Positions 54,401-64,000 of a stretch of DNA of 64,000 nt are shown one piece after another. The notes beneath the pieces were generated by a model. It was given only the letters and a program-made list of their open reading frames with translations. It searched no databases and was not told where the DNA came from. Every line of letters starts with the position of its first letter. Positions within the stretch are counted from its first letter, which is position 1. Both the position numbers and the translations under genes were made by a program. The stretch is from a virus, in the IMG/VR virus record IMGVR_UViG_3300020411_000003, one strand, 5' to 3'.

Positions 54401-57400
54401 ATCAGCAGGTCTCTCATCCTTAATTCTTTCGAACCAAGAATCATTTGTCTTATCAATACCATCAGCATACTCTCTAAGTCTCTTGATGATTTGATCTGTG
54501 CTGTTGTCATTCTCAACCTGTAAGTACCACTTACCATATATTACTGGGCTAGTGTTAGGATTAACGAAGGTAGGATCAAAGCGCATAGGAGACTCACGCT
54601 TGTTCGCAAAGACGTTGAAGTCATAAATGCCTGGTTGATATGTAATTGGGTTAACACCCTGTTCTGCATCACTCTTAGTCTTGTGAATAGTAAAGACTTT
54701 CTCTGTCTGATACCTAGCATAGAAGAACTTGTTGTTTAACAGTCTTCCATTAACATCTGCGACAGTAGTGTCACTAGCATATGCTGCACCAACTAAAGGT
54801 AGAGAACCACCTTCTCTCTTTCTAAAGAATACAGTGTGTCCTGTAATATTAGAGAATGGAACATCAAAGATGTGTGGAACATCTGTACGGATGTTAGTAT
54901 TACTTACACCATCAAGTACACAAGCATATTGATGTAGATCATAGTTATCATCCAATGTGAATTGATAAAGATCAATCTCTACATCTGGATGGATATCTTC
55001 TACTTCAGCAGAATGTAAGTAGATACCAGCAGCAGCATTTTCTTTGCTGCTTGCAAGCATGATCTTAGTTTGATCAGTACCATTAAATGTAGCAGAAATA
55101 CCATAGTTCTCAGGCTTGGTAGTTCTTGCAGGAGCAATTACATAATACTCTTGGTTAGTATTAAATCCATTAGGAAGTCTTACGAAACGCTTATCAACTT
55201 CAACATATGACTGTGTAACTGTATCATATCTTGGACGTGGAACCAATCTAACTGGTGTACCTGTCTCAAGATCATGTGGGTTAGCAACATTACCTTGTCC
55301 TAATGTCCAGACTGTTGCTCTAGATGAGAGTGCAGTAGACAACTGTGAAGGTTCACTACGTGGTACAGTTCCTAAACCAGTTTGAATAACTGTGCTAATA
55401 TTAGAGAAGTACTGACGTATAGCATTTGCTTGGTCAACACACTGAGGATATGTTGTATTCTGTGTGATAGTATCATCAACTGTTCTAGTAAGAGTTGTGT
55501 ATACACCATCAATGAATTCGAAGTACAAGTAAGAGTTAGTACTTGTAGCGTTAGCATTGATAGAAGGACCAAACTCTAGACCAAGAGGAACAGGGTTTCT
55601 CTCTACAGTATCAAGATAAGAAGCAGAGTTAATAGTTCCAGTGATTATCTGGAAGAGAGTTGTGATTGTAGATGCAACCTGTTGACAAGCACCATTAGAA
55701 ATAGTTCTTGGTACACCATCAAGACTTGTTGGTGTTTCAACTGTGTCAATAACAATCTTGAATAGTGAGTTAAGTGTTGATCTTACATCTTCACAAGATC
55801 CAACAGAAGGAGTTCTTGTAACACCACCAACTACTATTTTTTCTGCTGCACTGACGAAGGTATGAACTGACGTATCAGATGATACACCAACATTAACCGT
55901 GATTGAGGTAGCAGTAGTGCCAGTAATGGTAGGATCATTTAAAGAAGCGGGGTCTGTTGAACGTGGATATGTATGGTTAGTAGCATTATTATCTCTAGCA
56001 CATGTAAATGTGAGAGAATTATCAGGAATATAAACACTGGTTCCAGCACTGTAACTATGAGCACCGATCTCAAGTGTTAAAGCACCAGTAGCAGGATCAT
56101 AAGATGATGTAGATACTGTATGCTTCTTACCAGATAATGTACTAGGATCTGCAATAGCATCAGTTACAATCTTAGCAAGAGTACCAACAGCAGATCTCAT
56201 GTCCTCACAAGGACCATTAGAATCTGTACGTGTTACACCTTGAAGTGATGCAGGACTCTGGATTGTACCTGTTAAGATAGAAACCAAAGTATCAATAGCA
56301 CTGAGTACAACGTTGCAGTCTCCGTTACTTACACCATCAGTGATGGTAGTATCTTTAACCTGAGCTAATGATGTGTGACCACCAACAGTAACATCTACGT
56401 TAGTAGCAATCTCTTTGATGATGTCACGTACTGCATTGAATGCAAAGATAGTTTCATTCTCAGATCCTGAAGCATGAGCACCAGCAACATAAAGGTTAGC
56501 AGCATCCCATACTCTATGGTTACCACCATAACCTGTGTTATGTGCAACAACCTTAACTACATCCTTAAGATCATCTAAGCAATCAGTAGAACTATAACCA
56601 GACTGCCATGTGTAAGAAGGATACTGAGCGATCATTCTACCCAATGCAATCTCTGCTGCAAACTCAACGTTAGCTAAGATTAGATCTTTAGCATCAGCAT
56701 GTCTGTTGCTTACATGAGCAGCTACGTTAGCAGTTATAGAAGTGTCCCTAACTTGAGTACGACCATGAGAACCAAGTGTTACAATGTTCTCATTCCTAGC
56801 GATTTGAATCATCAAATCACGTGCATGATTAAGTGCATCAATAGTTTGTTGCTCTTCACCAGCAACCTCTTGAACCATACCCTGAACATAGAGATCAGTC
56901 ATCTCCCAAACTCTATCGTTACCACCGTATGCTAGGTTGTATGAGACTTCTTCAACAAAGTCTACGATATCGTCTTTACAATCTTGTGGGTTACCTGTTG
57001 GAGGAACAAAACCAGGATAGTTAACCAACATCCTCTCATATGCCTCATCCGCAATGAGTAGTTTGTTAGCAACAACTAGGTTACGTGCATCACCAAATCT
57101 ATCTGTTGGGGGATCAGGTTCGTTGTAAGTAATACTCTTATCGAATACCTGAGATAAACCATGATGTCCAGTAACAAGGATCTTCTGGTTTCTAAGTGCT
57201 TGAGCAGCCATCTCACGTGCTTGCTCAAATACATAATTGGTTTCTTCTTCCTCACCAGCAACATGAGCACCAGTCTTGTATGAGTATGCAGCATCCCATG
57301 TCTTATCATTACCACCATAGGCAATGTTATCAGCAACTGCTTCAAGTAGATCAACAACATCATCAATACAATCTTGATTATGATACTGTTGGTTACCAGC

Positions 57401-60400
57401 AACTGTGAATACTTTATGAATGGAATTAGTTACTGCACTAACAAACTTATGGAAGTATGCACCACCAGTTTGAACAGCACCAGCAGATGCAGTAGTGAAC
57501 AGATGTGGATACTGATCAGCAAGAGCAGCAGCACCAACATTAACTGTGAATGTTCCTGACTCTCTTTCAATATTATTAGCAACTGCTCTTACAAATGTAT
57601 GGTTAGCAGTAGGATAATGCTTGATAGAATTAGCAACAGCACTTACAAATGTGTGAGGTGACTGTGGTTCAAAATGTACAGCATTAGTAGTTGAACTTAC
57701 AAATGTATGAGTGTATCTCTGGTTGTAGATAACAGCATTAGTATTTGCAGATACAAATGTATGATCATATTGATCAGCAGTAGCAGCAAAGTTAACATTA
57801 ACTGTAATAGTTGTAGCAGTAGCGTCCTTAATTTCTAGATCGCTATTGTATGCTGGATCTGTAACTCTAGGATATGTGTGGTTAGTAGCATTGTTGTCCT
57901 TAGTACATGTAAATGTCAAGGAATCAGTTGCTAGTCTAATCTTCTCACCGTTCTGTAGATCATGTACACCGATATCAAGAACAAGATCACCATTAGATGC
58001 ATTGTAAGAAGCAGAAGTAGGTGTATAGTTAGTTAAAGGAGATGCACCAATGTTAACTGTAATAGTTCCATTCTGTCTCTTGATGCCATTAGCAACAGCA
58101 GATACAAATGTATGATTAGTAGTATCACTAGAGATACCTACGTTAACATCGAATGCATTTGTTGTTACGTTCTGGATCTTCAACCAACGTCCACTTGGGT
58201 AGTCAAATCCTGCACGGGGATAATTTTTGGAACTTACGTTACCATCAAGGTCACATGTCATGACAAGTGAACCATCAACTATCTGGATATAATCTCCATG
58301 AGAGAATCCATGATTATTAACAGTCAATGAAAGAACACCTGTCTCTGGAATATATGATGCACCAGCAGCACTGTGGAGTGTAGCACCTACCTCATTAATA
58401 GTGATAGATTTCTCACCTGCATATGGATCAATTCCTGGACGTGGGTAACTATGGTTAGAAGTATTGTTGTCCTTAGAACATGTAAAGGTTAATGAATTAT
58501 CTTTAAGGATAATGTTTGCACCTTCACGAAGACCATGCTGACCAATAGTAAGAATCATGTCACCAGTGGTTGAGTTATAATCAGCAGCACTTGGAGTCCA
58601 TGTCTGGTTATCTCCAGCTCCACCAACATTAACTGTAATAGTGTTAGAAGTTCTTCCAACAATATTCAATGATCTTGAAGAAGCCCAGTCACTACCAGTC
58701 TGACGTGTAATTGCATCAGCAACACCACTCACAAATGTATGTACATCTGTGTTAGTAGAAGGTAGACCAGCAAGACACTGGAATTCAAATGTAGTTGCAC
58801 TTACGTTAGAAACTTTAATCCACTGACCACTTACAGGATCACTAGGACGTGGGTATGATTTCTCAGCAATAGAACCAGTAGCACCGTTGAATCCACAACT
58901 GAATGTTAATGCACCATCGGCAATCTTAACAAAGTCACCATCTAATAATCCATGCTCAGTTGTAGTTGTAATAGAAACAATACCTGTTGTAGGATTATAT
59001 GTTGTACCAGTTGTAGCAGTAAGAGATTTAGATGCTGGACGTGGATATACTTTATTGGATTGTTCACCATCCATCTGACACTTGAATGTCAGTGAGTTGT
59101 CATCGATAGTAATACCATCACCAACAGCGAGAGAGTGAGAACCAATTGTTAAAGTAAGATCTCCACTAGCAGGGTCATAGTTTGCACCTGTTGGTGTGAA
59201 CTTATTCTCTGTAATATCAGCAACAACAGCACCGTAGTCAGCAGATATAAATGTGTGAGTATAGTTACCACCACTTGTTACAGAATCAGCAAGACCAGAA
59301 ACAAATAGATGTTGTGTAGTGTCAGAAGACTTACCAACATCAAGTGTAATTGAATCAGCAGTAACAGCAGTAACATTTACAGGAGAATCATATGACTTAT
59401 CTCTCTTCTGAGTAACCGCACCAGCAACAGCAGATACAAATGTATGTGCAGTGGTGTTAGTAGATGGAGCAAAGTCTAATACTTGAATATCAAATGTGTC
59501 TATGGTTACAGCAAGAACCTTAACCCACTTGTTACTGATAGGATCAGTAGCACGAGGATATGTGTGGTTAGTACCATCGTTATCTTGAGCACATGTAAAG
59601 GTTAGAGAATTATCTGCTACCTTAACCCAATCTCCTTGCTTGATACCATGACCACTATTGGTTAATGTAAGAACACCTGTTGAAGGATCATAACTTGCAT
59701 CAGATATATTATGTGAATCAATAGTTGATCTTGGATATGCATGATTGGTAGCATTATTATCCTGAGCACATGTGAATGTGACAGCACCATCAGCAAGTTT
59801 AACAGAATCACCAACACTAATATTATGATTACCAATAATTAATGTCATCAAACCAGTTACGGGATCGAATGATGCACCCGTTGGAGTATGAGTAACTAGA
59901 GGTGATGCACCAACATTAATAACAATTTCATCACCAGAAACTGAATTTACTATTGTAGGTGTATTGTAGATAGGATCAGTTTGTCTAGGATATGACTTAA
60001 TCTCTGAAGTATCACCCATTGTGCAACGGAACTTCAATGAGTCCTGTGCTATAGTAATATTCTTACCAATAGGAATATTATGGTTAGGGATTGTTAGGAT
60101 TAAGTTACCACTTGCAGGTTGATAATCTACACCAGTTGGTGTGTAAGATTGAGAAGCACCTGCCTGACCAACATTAACCTTGAATGAATCTGAGGTTGAA
60201 CCATAAATTGATAACCACTTACCATTGCTAGGATCCTTAAGTCTTGGATAAGCATGCTCAGTAGCATTATTATCCATGTCACATGTAAATGTGAGAGATC
60301 CATCAGCAATCTTAATTCTGTCACCATCAGTGAATCCATGACCAGCAACTACCAGTGTTAATTCACCTGTTGCAGGATCATAAGAAGCATTAGTTGAACT

Positions 60401-63400
60401 ATGATAGGTAGAACCAACATCCTTAACAACTAGAGAACTAGTACCAGCAGGATCAGTAGGTCTAGGATATGCATGTTCTGTTGCATTGTTATCCTTATTA
60501 CAGGTAAACTTAATAGAATTACCAATAATCTTAACGTCTTGACCTGGCTCTAAATTATGCTGACCAACTGTTAATGTAAGATCACCAGTTGAAGGATTAT
60601 ATGCTGCATCACTTACATCAAGATTACCTTGAGATGTCTTACCAATATTAACAGTAATTTGATTAGTAGATGCTGCTAAGACTGGTAGATCCTCTTGGTA
60701 TGCAGGGTCACTGATACGTGGATATGCATGAGAACTACCATGATTATCCATATCACAGGTAAATGTCAAAGCACCATAATCAATTCTTATACGATCATTA
60801 GCTTTCTTGATACCATTAGGATTAGCATCAATGAATGAATGAGTGTAGTTACCGCCAGTTGTAATTGCATTAGGTATAGCACTGACGAATGTATGTGCAG
60901 TTGTATTAGATGATGTACCAACATCTAAGGTTACTGTGTCATTGTATCTTGTTAATCCATTGGCAACAGCACCAACAAATGTATGTGCATAGTTACCACC
61001 AGAAATTAGAGCACCACTTGTAGCAGATACAAATGTGTGTAGATAATTACCACCAGTCTTAACAGCACCTGCATCAGCAGACTTGAATGTGTGGACGTAT
61101 CCACCACCAGACTTAACAGCACCTGCTAGTGCAGATACGAAAGTATGTACATCTGTAGTCTTGCTTGAAGGTCCAACATTAATTGTGATAGTGTCAGCAG
61201 TAACACCAGTGATTTCTATTGCTTGATCATATGATCTGTCAACCTTAGAAGTAATACCGTTGGTGCTACCAGTTACGAACAAGTGAGCAGTGGTATTAGT
61301 AGAAGGAATAACATCCAATACTTGTACTTCAAATGTAGTTGAAGTTACATTAGAAACCTTCAACCACTTACTACTTACTGGATCAGTTACACGAGGATAT
61401 GTGTGCTGAGTAGCATTATTATCCTCCATACATGTGAAGGTAAATGCACCAGTAGCAAACTGAACATAGTCACCGTTCTTGATGTTATGAGCAGCAGTTG
61501 TTACACTTAATATACCTGTAGCTGGATCATATGTTGTACCAGCAGCAGCTGTATGTGTTTCAGTAGCAGATCTAGGATAAGACTTAGCACTTTGACTACC
61601 AACAGAGAATCCAACGAATACTGTCATTGTTGTACCAGTGACAGAATCTAGACCCAATGTTTCATTACGGAATGGGTCAGTAGCACGTGGATATGTGTGT
61701 TGTGTAGCATTATTGTCAGCATCACAAGTGAATGTCAATGCATCCTGTGCAAATGTAATTGTACTATTTGCTTTCTTAAGACCACTAGCAGTAGCTGATA
61801 CAAATGTGTGTGCATAGTTTCCACCAGATGTAACACAATTAGCGGTTGCAGAAACAAATGTATGTGCTGTAGTATTAGTAGATGGGATTGTACTCAATAC
61901 CTGAACACTAATTGTTGTAGCAGTTACATCTGTAATAGCAAATGCTTTATCAGAGAATGGATCAGTTGCACGTGGATATGTATGAGTTGTTGCGTGATTA
62001 TCTTCAGCACAAGTGAATGTTAGAGAGTTATCAGCAATCTTAACAGCAGTACCAACAGTCAGACTATGAGCACCAATGGTAAGTTCCATTATACCAGTGG
62101 TAGGATCATAATTTGCACCTGTAGGTGTATGCTGTATTAATGGAGATGAACCAACATCAACTGAGAATGAATCTTGAGTTACATTAGAAATTTGTAACCA
62201 CTTACCGAATGTAGGATCAGATCTGCGTGGGTATGTCTTAGTAGAAACATTACCGTCCATAGCACAGTTAAGTGATATAGAACCTTCAGCAAATTTAACT
62301 CTATCACCATTACTAAATCCATGATTAGCAATAGTAACAACCATAGCACCAGTTGCAGCATTATATGTTGCGTCTGTTACTGTATGTGTAGAAGCAGCAT
62401 TTAAAGAGTGTGCTCCAACTTCAAGAACCAATTCACCTGTTATAGGATCGTAAGTTGTTCCAGAAGCTGCTGTCCAATTATTGCCACCACCATCGGTGAT
62501 ACCATTATTAGCACCAGTGATAAAGGTGTGTGGAACATTACCATATGTACAACTGAATGTTACACCACCATCAGCAATCTTGATTGACTCACCAACAGTT
62601 AGACTGTGGTTTCCAATCTTCAATGTCATCTCACCTGTTGCAGGGTCGTATGAACCATCATCAACATTGTGACTTACTATTGGAGATTGACCAACATCAA
62701 TAGTAATAGTTGTAGCTGTTACTGCTGTAATCTCAATAGAAGTATCATGTACAGGATCAGTTGAACGAGGATAAGACTTGACACTATAGTTTCCATCCAT
62801 CTCACAAGTAAACTTGAGAGCATCATCATCGATCTTGATACTTGTGCCAGCAGTTAAACTGTGACTACCTATAGTTAATTCCATCAATCCTGTGTTAGGA
62901 TCATAGGTAGCATTAGTTGGTGTAAATTCTACAATAGGAGACTTACCAACATTAACTGTAATATCACCACCTCTCTTAGAGATAGCGTGACTAGTTGCTC
63001 TCTTAAATGTATGAGCAGACTGTGGTAAATTCTTAATTGAATTTGTTAATGCAGATACGAATGTATGTGCTGACTGAGGCTTATATTCAACAGCATCGGT
63101 AAGAGCAGATACAAATGTGTGAGCATATCTGTTAGCAGGATCAGCATCAAAACCAACATTAATTGTTAATGTTCCGTCTTGCTTTAAGATACCGTTAGCA
63201 GAAGCAGAAACAAATGTGTGTACTGAGTTATCAGTAGAAGAACCAACATTAATTGTAAATGTATCAGTGGTTGCTGATAGAATAGGAACCCATCTGTTGC
63301 TTAGTGAATCAAAGTTAGTACGTGGATATGTTTTCTGACTTACATTACCATCAAGATCACATGTCAATGTAATAGAGTTATCTGCTACCTGAATGTAATC

Positions 63401-64000
63401 TCCTGGTGAGAATCCATGACTAGCAACAGTAACAACCATAGCACCAGTTGAAGGTGTGTAGTCAACATTAGTTGCTGTATGTTGTGTAGAACCAACTGCT
63501 GTAACAGCGATTGACTTACCAGCAAAAGGATCAGTACCAGGACGAGGATATGAATGCTGAGTAGCACCACCATCCTTATCACAAGTAAATGCTAATGAGT
63601 TATCTTTTAATACAATGTCAGTACCAACACGTAATCCATGTTGACCAACAGTAAGAACCATGTCACCATTGTTCTCATTATATGTTGCACCAGTAGGAGT
63701 TAGGAACTTATTAGAACCAGCAGCACCTACATTAAGTGTAAACTTACCTGTATCAATTGCTGTAATTGGAAGAGATCTTCCAGAAGCTTTATCTAAGTTT
63801 GCACGTGGATATGACTGAGCAACTTGGTTGCCATCCATTGTACATGTAAATGATAGAGCACCGTCATCCATGACGATTCCATCACCAACAGATAAATTAT
63901 GAGGACCAACAGTAAGTTCTAAGTCACCTGTTGCAGGATCATAAGAAGCATTAGTTGGAGTAAATTCTACGTTAGAACCAGCATCTGCAATCTGAACTTT
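48428..64000 (-). CDS. Giant virion structural protein (5' end beyond the window, at least 5,190 aa)
   Basis: The frame stays open from the track ATG at 63871 to the window end. It contains 21 YPR-type beta repeats, three helical GGN repeats and C-terminal fibre-like segments. Confidence 0.85.
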   Translation of the reverse strand, partial: KVQIADAGSNVEFTPTNASYDPATGDLELTVGPHNLSVGDGIVMDDGALSFTCTMDGNQVAQSYPRANLDKASGRSLPITAIDTGKFTLNVGAAGSNKFLTPTGATYNENNGDMVLTVGQHGLRVGTDIVLKDNSLAFTCDKDGGATQHSYPRPGTDPFAGKSIAVTAVGSTQHTATNVDYTPSTGAMVVTVASHGFSPGDYIQVADNSITLTCDLDGNVSQKTYPRTNFDSLSNRWVPILSATTDTFTINVGSSTDNSVHTFVSASANGILKQDGTLTINVGFDADPANRYAHTFVSALTDAVEYKPQSAHTFVSALTNSIKNLPQSAHTFKRATSHAISKRGGDITVNVGKSPIVEFTPTNATYDPNTGLMELTIGSHSLTAGTSIKIDDDALKFTCEMDGNYSVKSYPRSTDPVHDTSIEITAVTATTITIDVGQSPIVSHNVDDGSYDPATGEMTLKIGNHSLTVGESIKIADGGVTFSCTYGNVPHTFITGANNGITDGGGNNWTAASGTTYDPITGELVLEVGAHSLNAASTHTVTDATYNAATGAMVVTIANHGFSNGDRVKFAEGSISLNCAMDGNVSTKTYPRRSDPTFGKWLQISNVTQDSFSVDVGSSPLIQHTPTGANYDPTTGIMELTIGAHSLTVGTAVKIADNSLTFTCAEDNHATTHTYPRATDPFSDKAFAITDVTATTISVQVLSTIPSTNTTAHTFVSATANCVTSGGNYAHTFVSATASGLKKANSTITFAQDALTFTCDADNNATQHTYPRATDPFRNETLGLDSVTGTTMTVFVGFSVGSQSAKSYPRSATETHTAAAGTTYDPATGILSVTTAAHNIKNGDYVQFATGAFTFTCMEDNNATQHTYPRVTDPVSSKWLKVSNVTSTTFEVQVLDVIPSTNTTAHLFVTGSTNGITSKVDRSYDQAIEITGVTADTITINVGPSSKTTDVHTFVSALAGAVKSGGGYVHTFKSADAGAVKTGGNYLHTFVSATSGALISGGNYAHTFVGAVANGLTRYNDTVTLDVGTSSNTTAHTFVSAIPNAITTGGNYTHSFIDANPNGIKKANDRIRIDYGALTFTCDMDNHGSSHAYPRISDPAYQEDLPVLAASTNQITVNIGKTSQGNLDVSDAAYNPSTGDLTLTVGQHNLEPGQDVKIIGNSIKFTCNKDNNATEHAYPRPTDPAGTSSLVVKDVGSTYHSSTNASYDPATGELTLVVAGHGFTDGDRIKIADGSLTFTCDMDNNATEHAYPRLKDPSNGKWLSIYGSTSDSFKVNVGQAGASQSYTPTGVDYQPASGNLILTIPNHNIPIGKNITIAQDSLKFRCTMGDTSEIKSYPRQTDPIYNTPTIVNSVSGDEIVINVGASPLVTHTPTGASFDPVTGLMTLIIGNHNISVGDSVKLADGAVTFTCAQDNNATNHAYPRSTIDSHNISDASYDPSTGVLTLTNSGHGIKQGDWVKVADNSLTFTCAQDNDGTNHTYPRATDPISNKWVKVLAVTIDTFDIQVLDFAPSTNTTAHTFVSAVAGAVTQKRDKSYDSPVNVTAVTADSITLDVGKSSDTTQHLFVSGLADSVTSGGNYTHTFISADYGAVVADITENKFTPTGANYDPASGDLTLTIGSHSLAVGDGITIDDNSLTFKCQMDGEQSNKVYPRPASKSLTATTGTTYNPTTGIVSITTTTEHGLLDGDFVKIADGALTFSCGFNGATGSIAEKSYPRPSDPVSGQWIKVSNVSATTFEFQCLAGLPSTNTDVHTFVSGVADAITRQTGSDWASSRSLNIVGRTSNTITVNVGGAGDNQTWTPSAADYNSTTGDMILTIGQHGLREGANIILKDNSLTFTCSKDNNTSNHSYPRPGIDPYAGEKSITINEVGATLHSAAGASYIPETGVLSLTVNNHGFSHGDYIQIVDGSLVMTCDLDGNVSSKNYPRAGFDYPSGRWLKIQNVTTNAFDVNVGISSDTTNHTFVSAVANGIKRQNGTITVNIGASPLTNYTPTSASYNASNGDLVLDIGVHDLQNGEKIRLATDSLTFTCTKDNNATNHTYPRVTDPAYNSDLEIKDATATTITVNVNFAATADQYDHTFVSANTNAVIYNQRYTHTFVSSTTNAVHFEPQSPHTFVSAVANSIKHYPTANHTFVRAVANNIERESGTFTVNVGAAALADQYPHLFTTASAGAVQTGGAYFHKFVSAVTNSIHKVFTVAGNQQYHNQDCIDDVVDLLEAVADNIAYGGNDKTWDAAYSYKTGAHVAGEEEETNYVFEQAREMAAQALRNQKILVTGHHGLSQVFDKSITYNEPDPPTDRFGDARNLVVANKLLIADEAYERMLVNYPGFVPPTGNPQDCKDDIVDFVEEVSYNLAYGGNDRVWEMTDLYVQGMVQEVAGEEQQTIDALNHARDLMIQIARNENIVTLGSHGRTQVRDTSITANVAAHVSNRHADAKDLILANVEFAAEIALGRMIAQYPSYTWQSGYSSTDCLDDLKDVVKVVAHNTGYGGNHRVWDAANLYVAGAHASGSENETIFAFNAVRDIIKEIATNVDVTVGGHTSLAQVKDTTITDGVSNGDCNVVLSAIDTLVSILTGTIQSPASLQGVTRTDSNGPCEDMRSAVGTLAKIVTDAIADPSTLSGKKHTVSTSSYDPATGALTLEIGAHSYSAGTSVYIPDNSLTFTCARDNNATNHTYPRSTDPASLNDPTITGTTATSITVNVGVSSDTSVHTFVSAAEKIVVGGVTRTPSVGSCEDVRSTLNSLFKIVIDTVETPTSLDGVPRTISNGACQQVASTITTLFQIITGTINSASYLDTVERNPVPLGLEFGPSINANATSTNSYLYFEFIDGVYTTLTRTVDDTITQNTTYPQCVDQANAIRQYFSNISTVIQTGLGTVPRSEPSQLSTALSSRATVWTLGQGNVANPHDLETGTPVRLVPRPRYDTVTQSYVEVDKRFVRLPNGFNTNQEYYVIAPARTTKPENYGISATFNGTDQTKIMLASSKENAAAGIYLHSAEVEDIHPDVEIDLYQFTLDDNYDLHQYACVLDGVSNTNIRTDVPHIFDVPFSNITGHTVFFRKREGGSLPLVGAAYASDTTVADVNGRLLNNKFFYARYQTEKVFTIHKTKSDAEQGVNPITYQPGIYDFNVFANKRESPMRFDPTFVNPNTSPVIYGKWYLQVENDNSTDQIIKRLREYADGIDKTNDSWFERIKDERPADDRLYRLRYVIPQYLQSVRDPLNGFTIKTRTDETRRLVPQKLLLKPVSGNVTKARFSNPVQSNEYIGYTKEDFINFSLNEEVAYDPYKKDLVGNTQFAKTITTQNYISMTIQSGRYVTQGADDYLELTVFEQGVTNTALANTKFTTVKITAPQGGAFVANKTQSVAGNRIEWAGNSSGYGYLHAIMQVPGTTTWHMILKDTVGKIDYDSIDNIRFSQGTAFADLLADADMGKSLVLKDLIKKGYPEYYYRQNGAAVYTITPGDIIEDDASIQYYVESVEDVGQIDDTFYIFNTQEIQKRIYGQQDGIYYLTAVRGNISPMPQGAGNLGNFKNFKFSQPISKLYPLNYKNDPLWYQQLDATLVDPPQTYSAADNYVHGLVRVNDFKGSLTQESVIDLVKNNAFGTNTYTQVSASVDNRIRAQKGNAASGSEDRLIPIAGDSTVQTDQRYYVELRRPSIARAGNHTFEYLGFGPGNYSTGLPQRQEVVLTEIQDFYAQSKKQDGGLVFYTGLNSNGDLYIGNRKIDAITGEEVFLESATLQDSADDDETLGNLVTTFDTPVTFNEYITVNGGEAQDKRSTFNSPVLINVLGTVRNNPALVVSSFVDPAIDDGSLDRSAFVRNVETGGDIVIARNKISAAIFQFNSRRDGQAYKIQTHVVGAVPSNITPDQTGAFGASQIVQYGNAGAPTSGDFLLKGESIGKTGSLGWIYSNYYTLIGNAVPESFAFNNTNVITIKWVSLTNTQLGITSSSEIKITGFSDSDFNGTWQVISNGFNPASDTLQIAIGATKNSVNNQNPRMWSDEVVNNPNIRLEYSNSNWKEWGVIGAEALRTESDTIGDYKLGVNTVGRSDKASFEKNFVDAKTTPRANLDVVGTAFISGKKITDYASHATDATRTYQDRTDAFMVGGDSATPENESTFRVSTANGGRVGINVTNTELDRALVVDGESRFTGDAKFEEDIEINGGGGTNTAQVRTTITTGTIEFFPSLFEGTLDFAPLATTVHVANDSTADQFIRVGNASLHSNIWIGATPDTSTNISKIEIGGAYNNNESLSFTLIGTKSFKTKGDFQLGTDRGLLDTVKLTSTAGTVEFFSGNSATSKLDFATNAAEITIAGKGGTTTIRNNLVVDSSARFNSDITLCGGFASYSFTAYRAQIGSTAFSHASGDLGNNVFNSNVDLIDVLRVASTSDVYNAVDTAGTGDWGGTIFQNEITQISGTVEPLTLPALTGEQYYLPLKNRPFDNNGDQYISEQDILLIDTDDSGNRHPEFVKVISLPRINVAPYWIVVERLPFGTYTAKRSDHPDTTAIYKCVVQYNATWTTTTIDATGAEENVYLAQFGGSIELGDYVIIDREDTTNNGIFDQGEMFKVKVLLSQVAKKLSIKNGCDTANEVTVFEVDSTTGNTQLGTGGTTVINGQLSLNGTCASPYTNDPTNKKLTITNGSEITTFEVDTCTGDTTIGNHHGTVFMLAEQYGTAPAAYTKGVDEVHVYRHNPMSVISGGPATTTADNVVTATSNIEIQGNLTSFTKGDLVAIYTTDAIEIIQITDDPYTGGGGELLLPTSSNAQYTNGGRGMEGTSARAFSIGANVVKLDKYDRTTTLLHDVPALQADRATELKARTPNQSDIRLEISLKDADLIAPKLDYVTLVRIGSEFFLPDSVDGTLDAFYAIKMPKQIREPNVVGTTPVQLFGGGSTTINQDLEIMSGVLRMYGSDGKTLVMSIANDDGHSGDGSLEDPKTETAGLTLKGAAAFYGDLKIYYDNCQMHGVCSTETSFRVTNREGNILMGETFYQKGKVLSVESAIDPIFHIDNLGAAGTGGTEGPKDFKIYQNNAIDSFGIEKYWTAGGGRRHTYVAFDPTTGLGQQIDNPLQVNQNYLVNASSGSNMVVYLPDNAQTGDMIRFVELSGNLTYNTSLIIRAKKINNIATNIQGDGSGSRIAAGAGQTLNTAWDSGELIIQTRNASFGLVYAGTVDVEGSASAQTIPPGLRGWWLIEL

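Noticed and set aside
42547-63582. Antisense and alternate-frame ORFs inside the fibre and giant genes
   Set aside because: Same reason; Pro-rich antisense products simply mirror Gly-rich sense codons.

Overview
Window from a T4-like marine cyanomyovirus (Kyanoviridae-type, AT-rich, probably a Prochlorococcus/Synechococcus phage). All credible genes are on the minus strand, so transcription runs from high to low coordinates. There are three blocks. (1) 40.7-64 kb is a late tail block: the 3' part of a giant (>5,190 aa) repeat-rich virion protein that runs off the window end, three tail-collar-domain fibre proteins and a tail-fibre chaperone-like gene. (2) 27.5-40.7 kb is an early/accessory region of about 45 small genes, including an MTase-HNH-MTase cassette, three 2OG-Fe(II) oxygenases, and DUF3574-, DUF1281- and KTSC-like genes. 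It is punctuated by nine copies of a palindrome + fixed spacer + TATAAT regulatory module, at least two structured RNAs that begin at predicted transcription starts, and a non-coding locus with DnaA-box-like 9-mers and phased A-tracts. (3) 0.2-27.4 kb is the late baseplate block: PAAR gp5.4, a small basic protein, a minimal SET-domain protein, gp25, gp6, gp7, gp8, a VrlC-like protein and a long tail fibre. I found no rRNA, tRNA, CRISPR array, integrase or reverse transcriptase. Family calls come from recognised motifs; no database searches were run.
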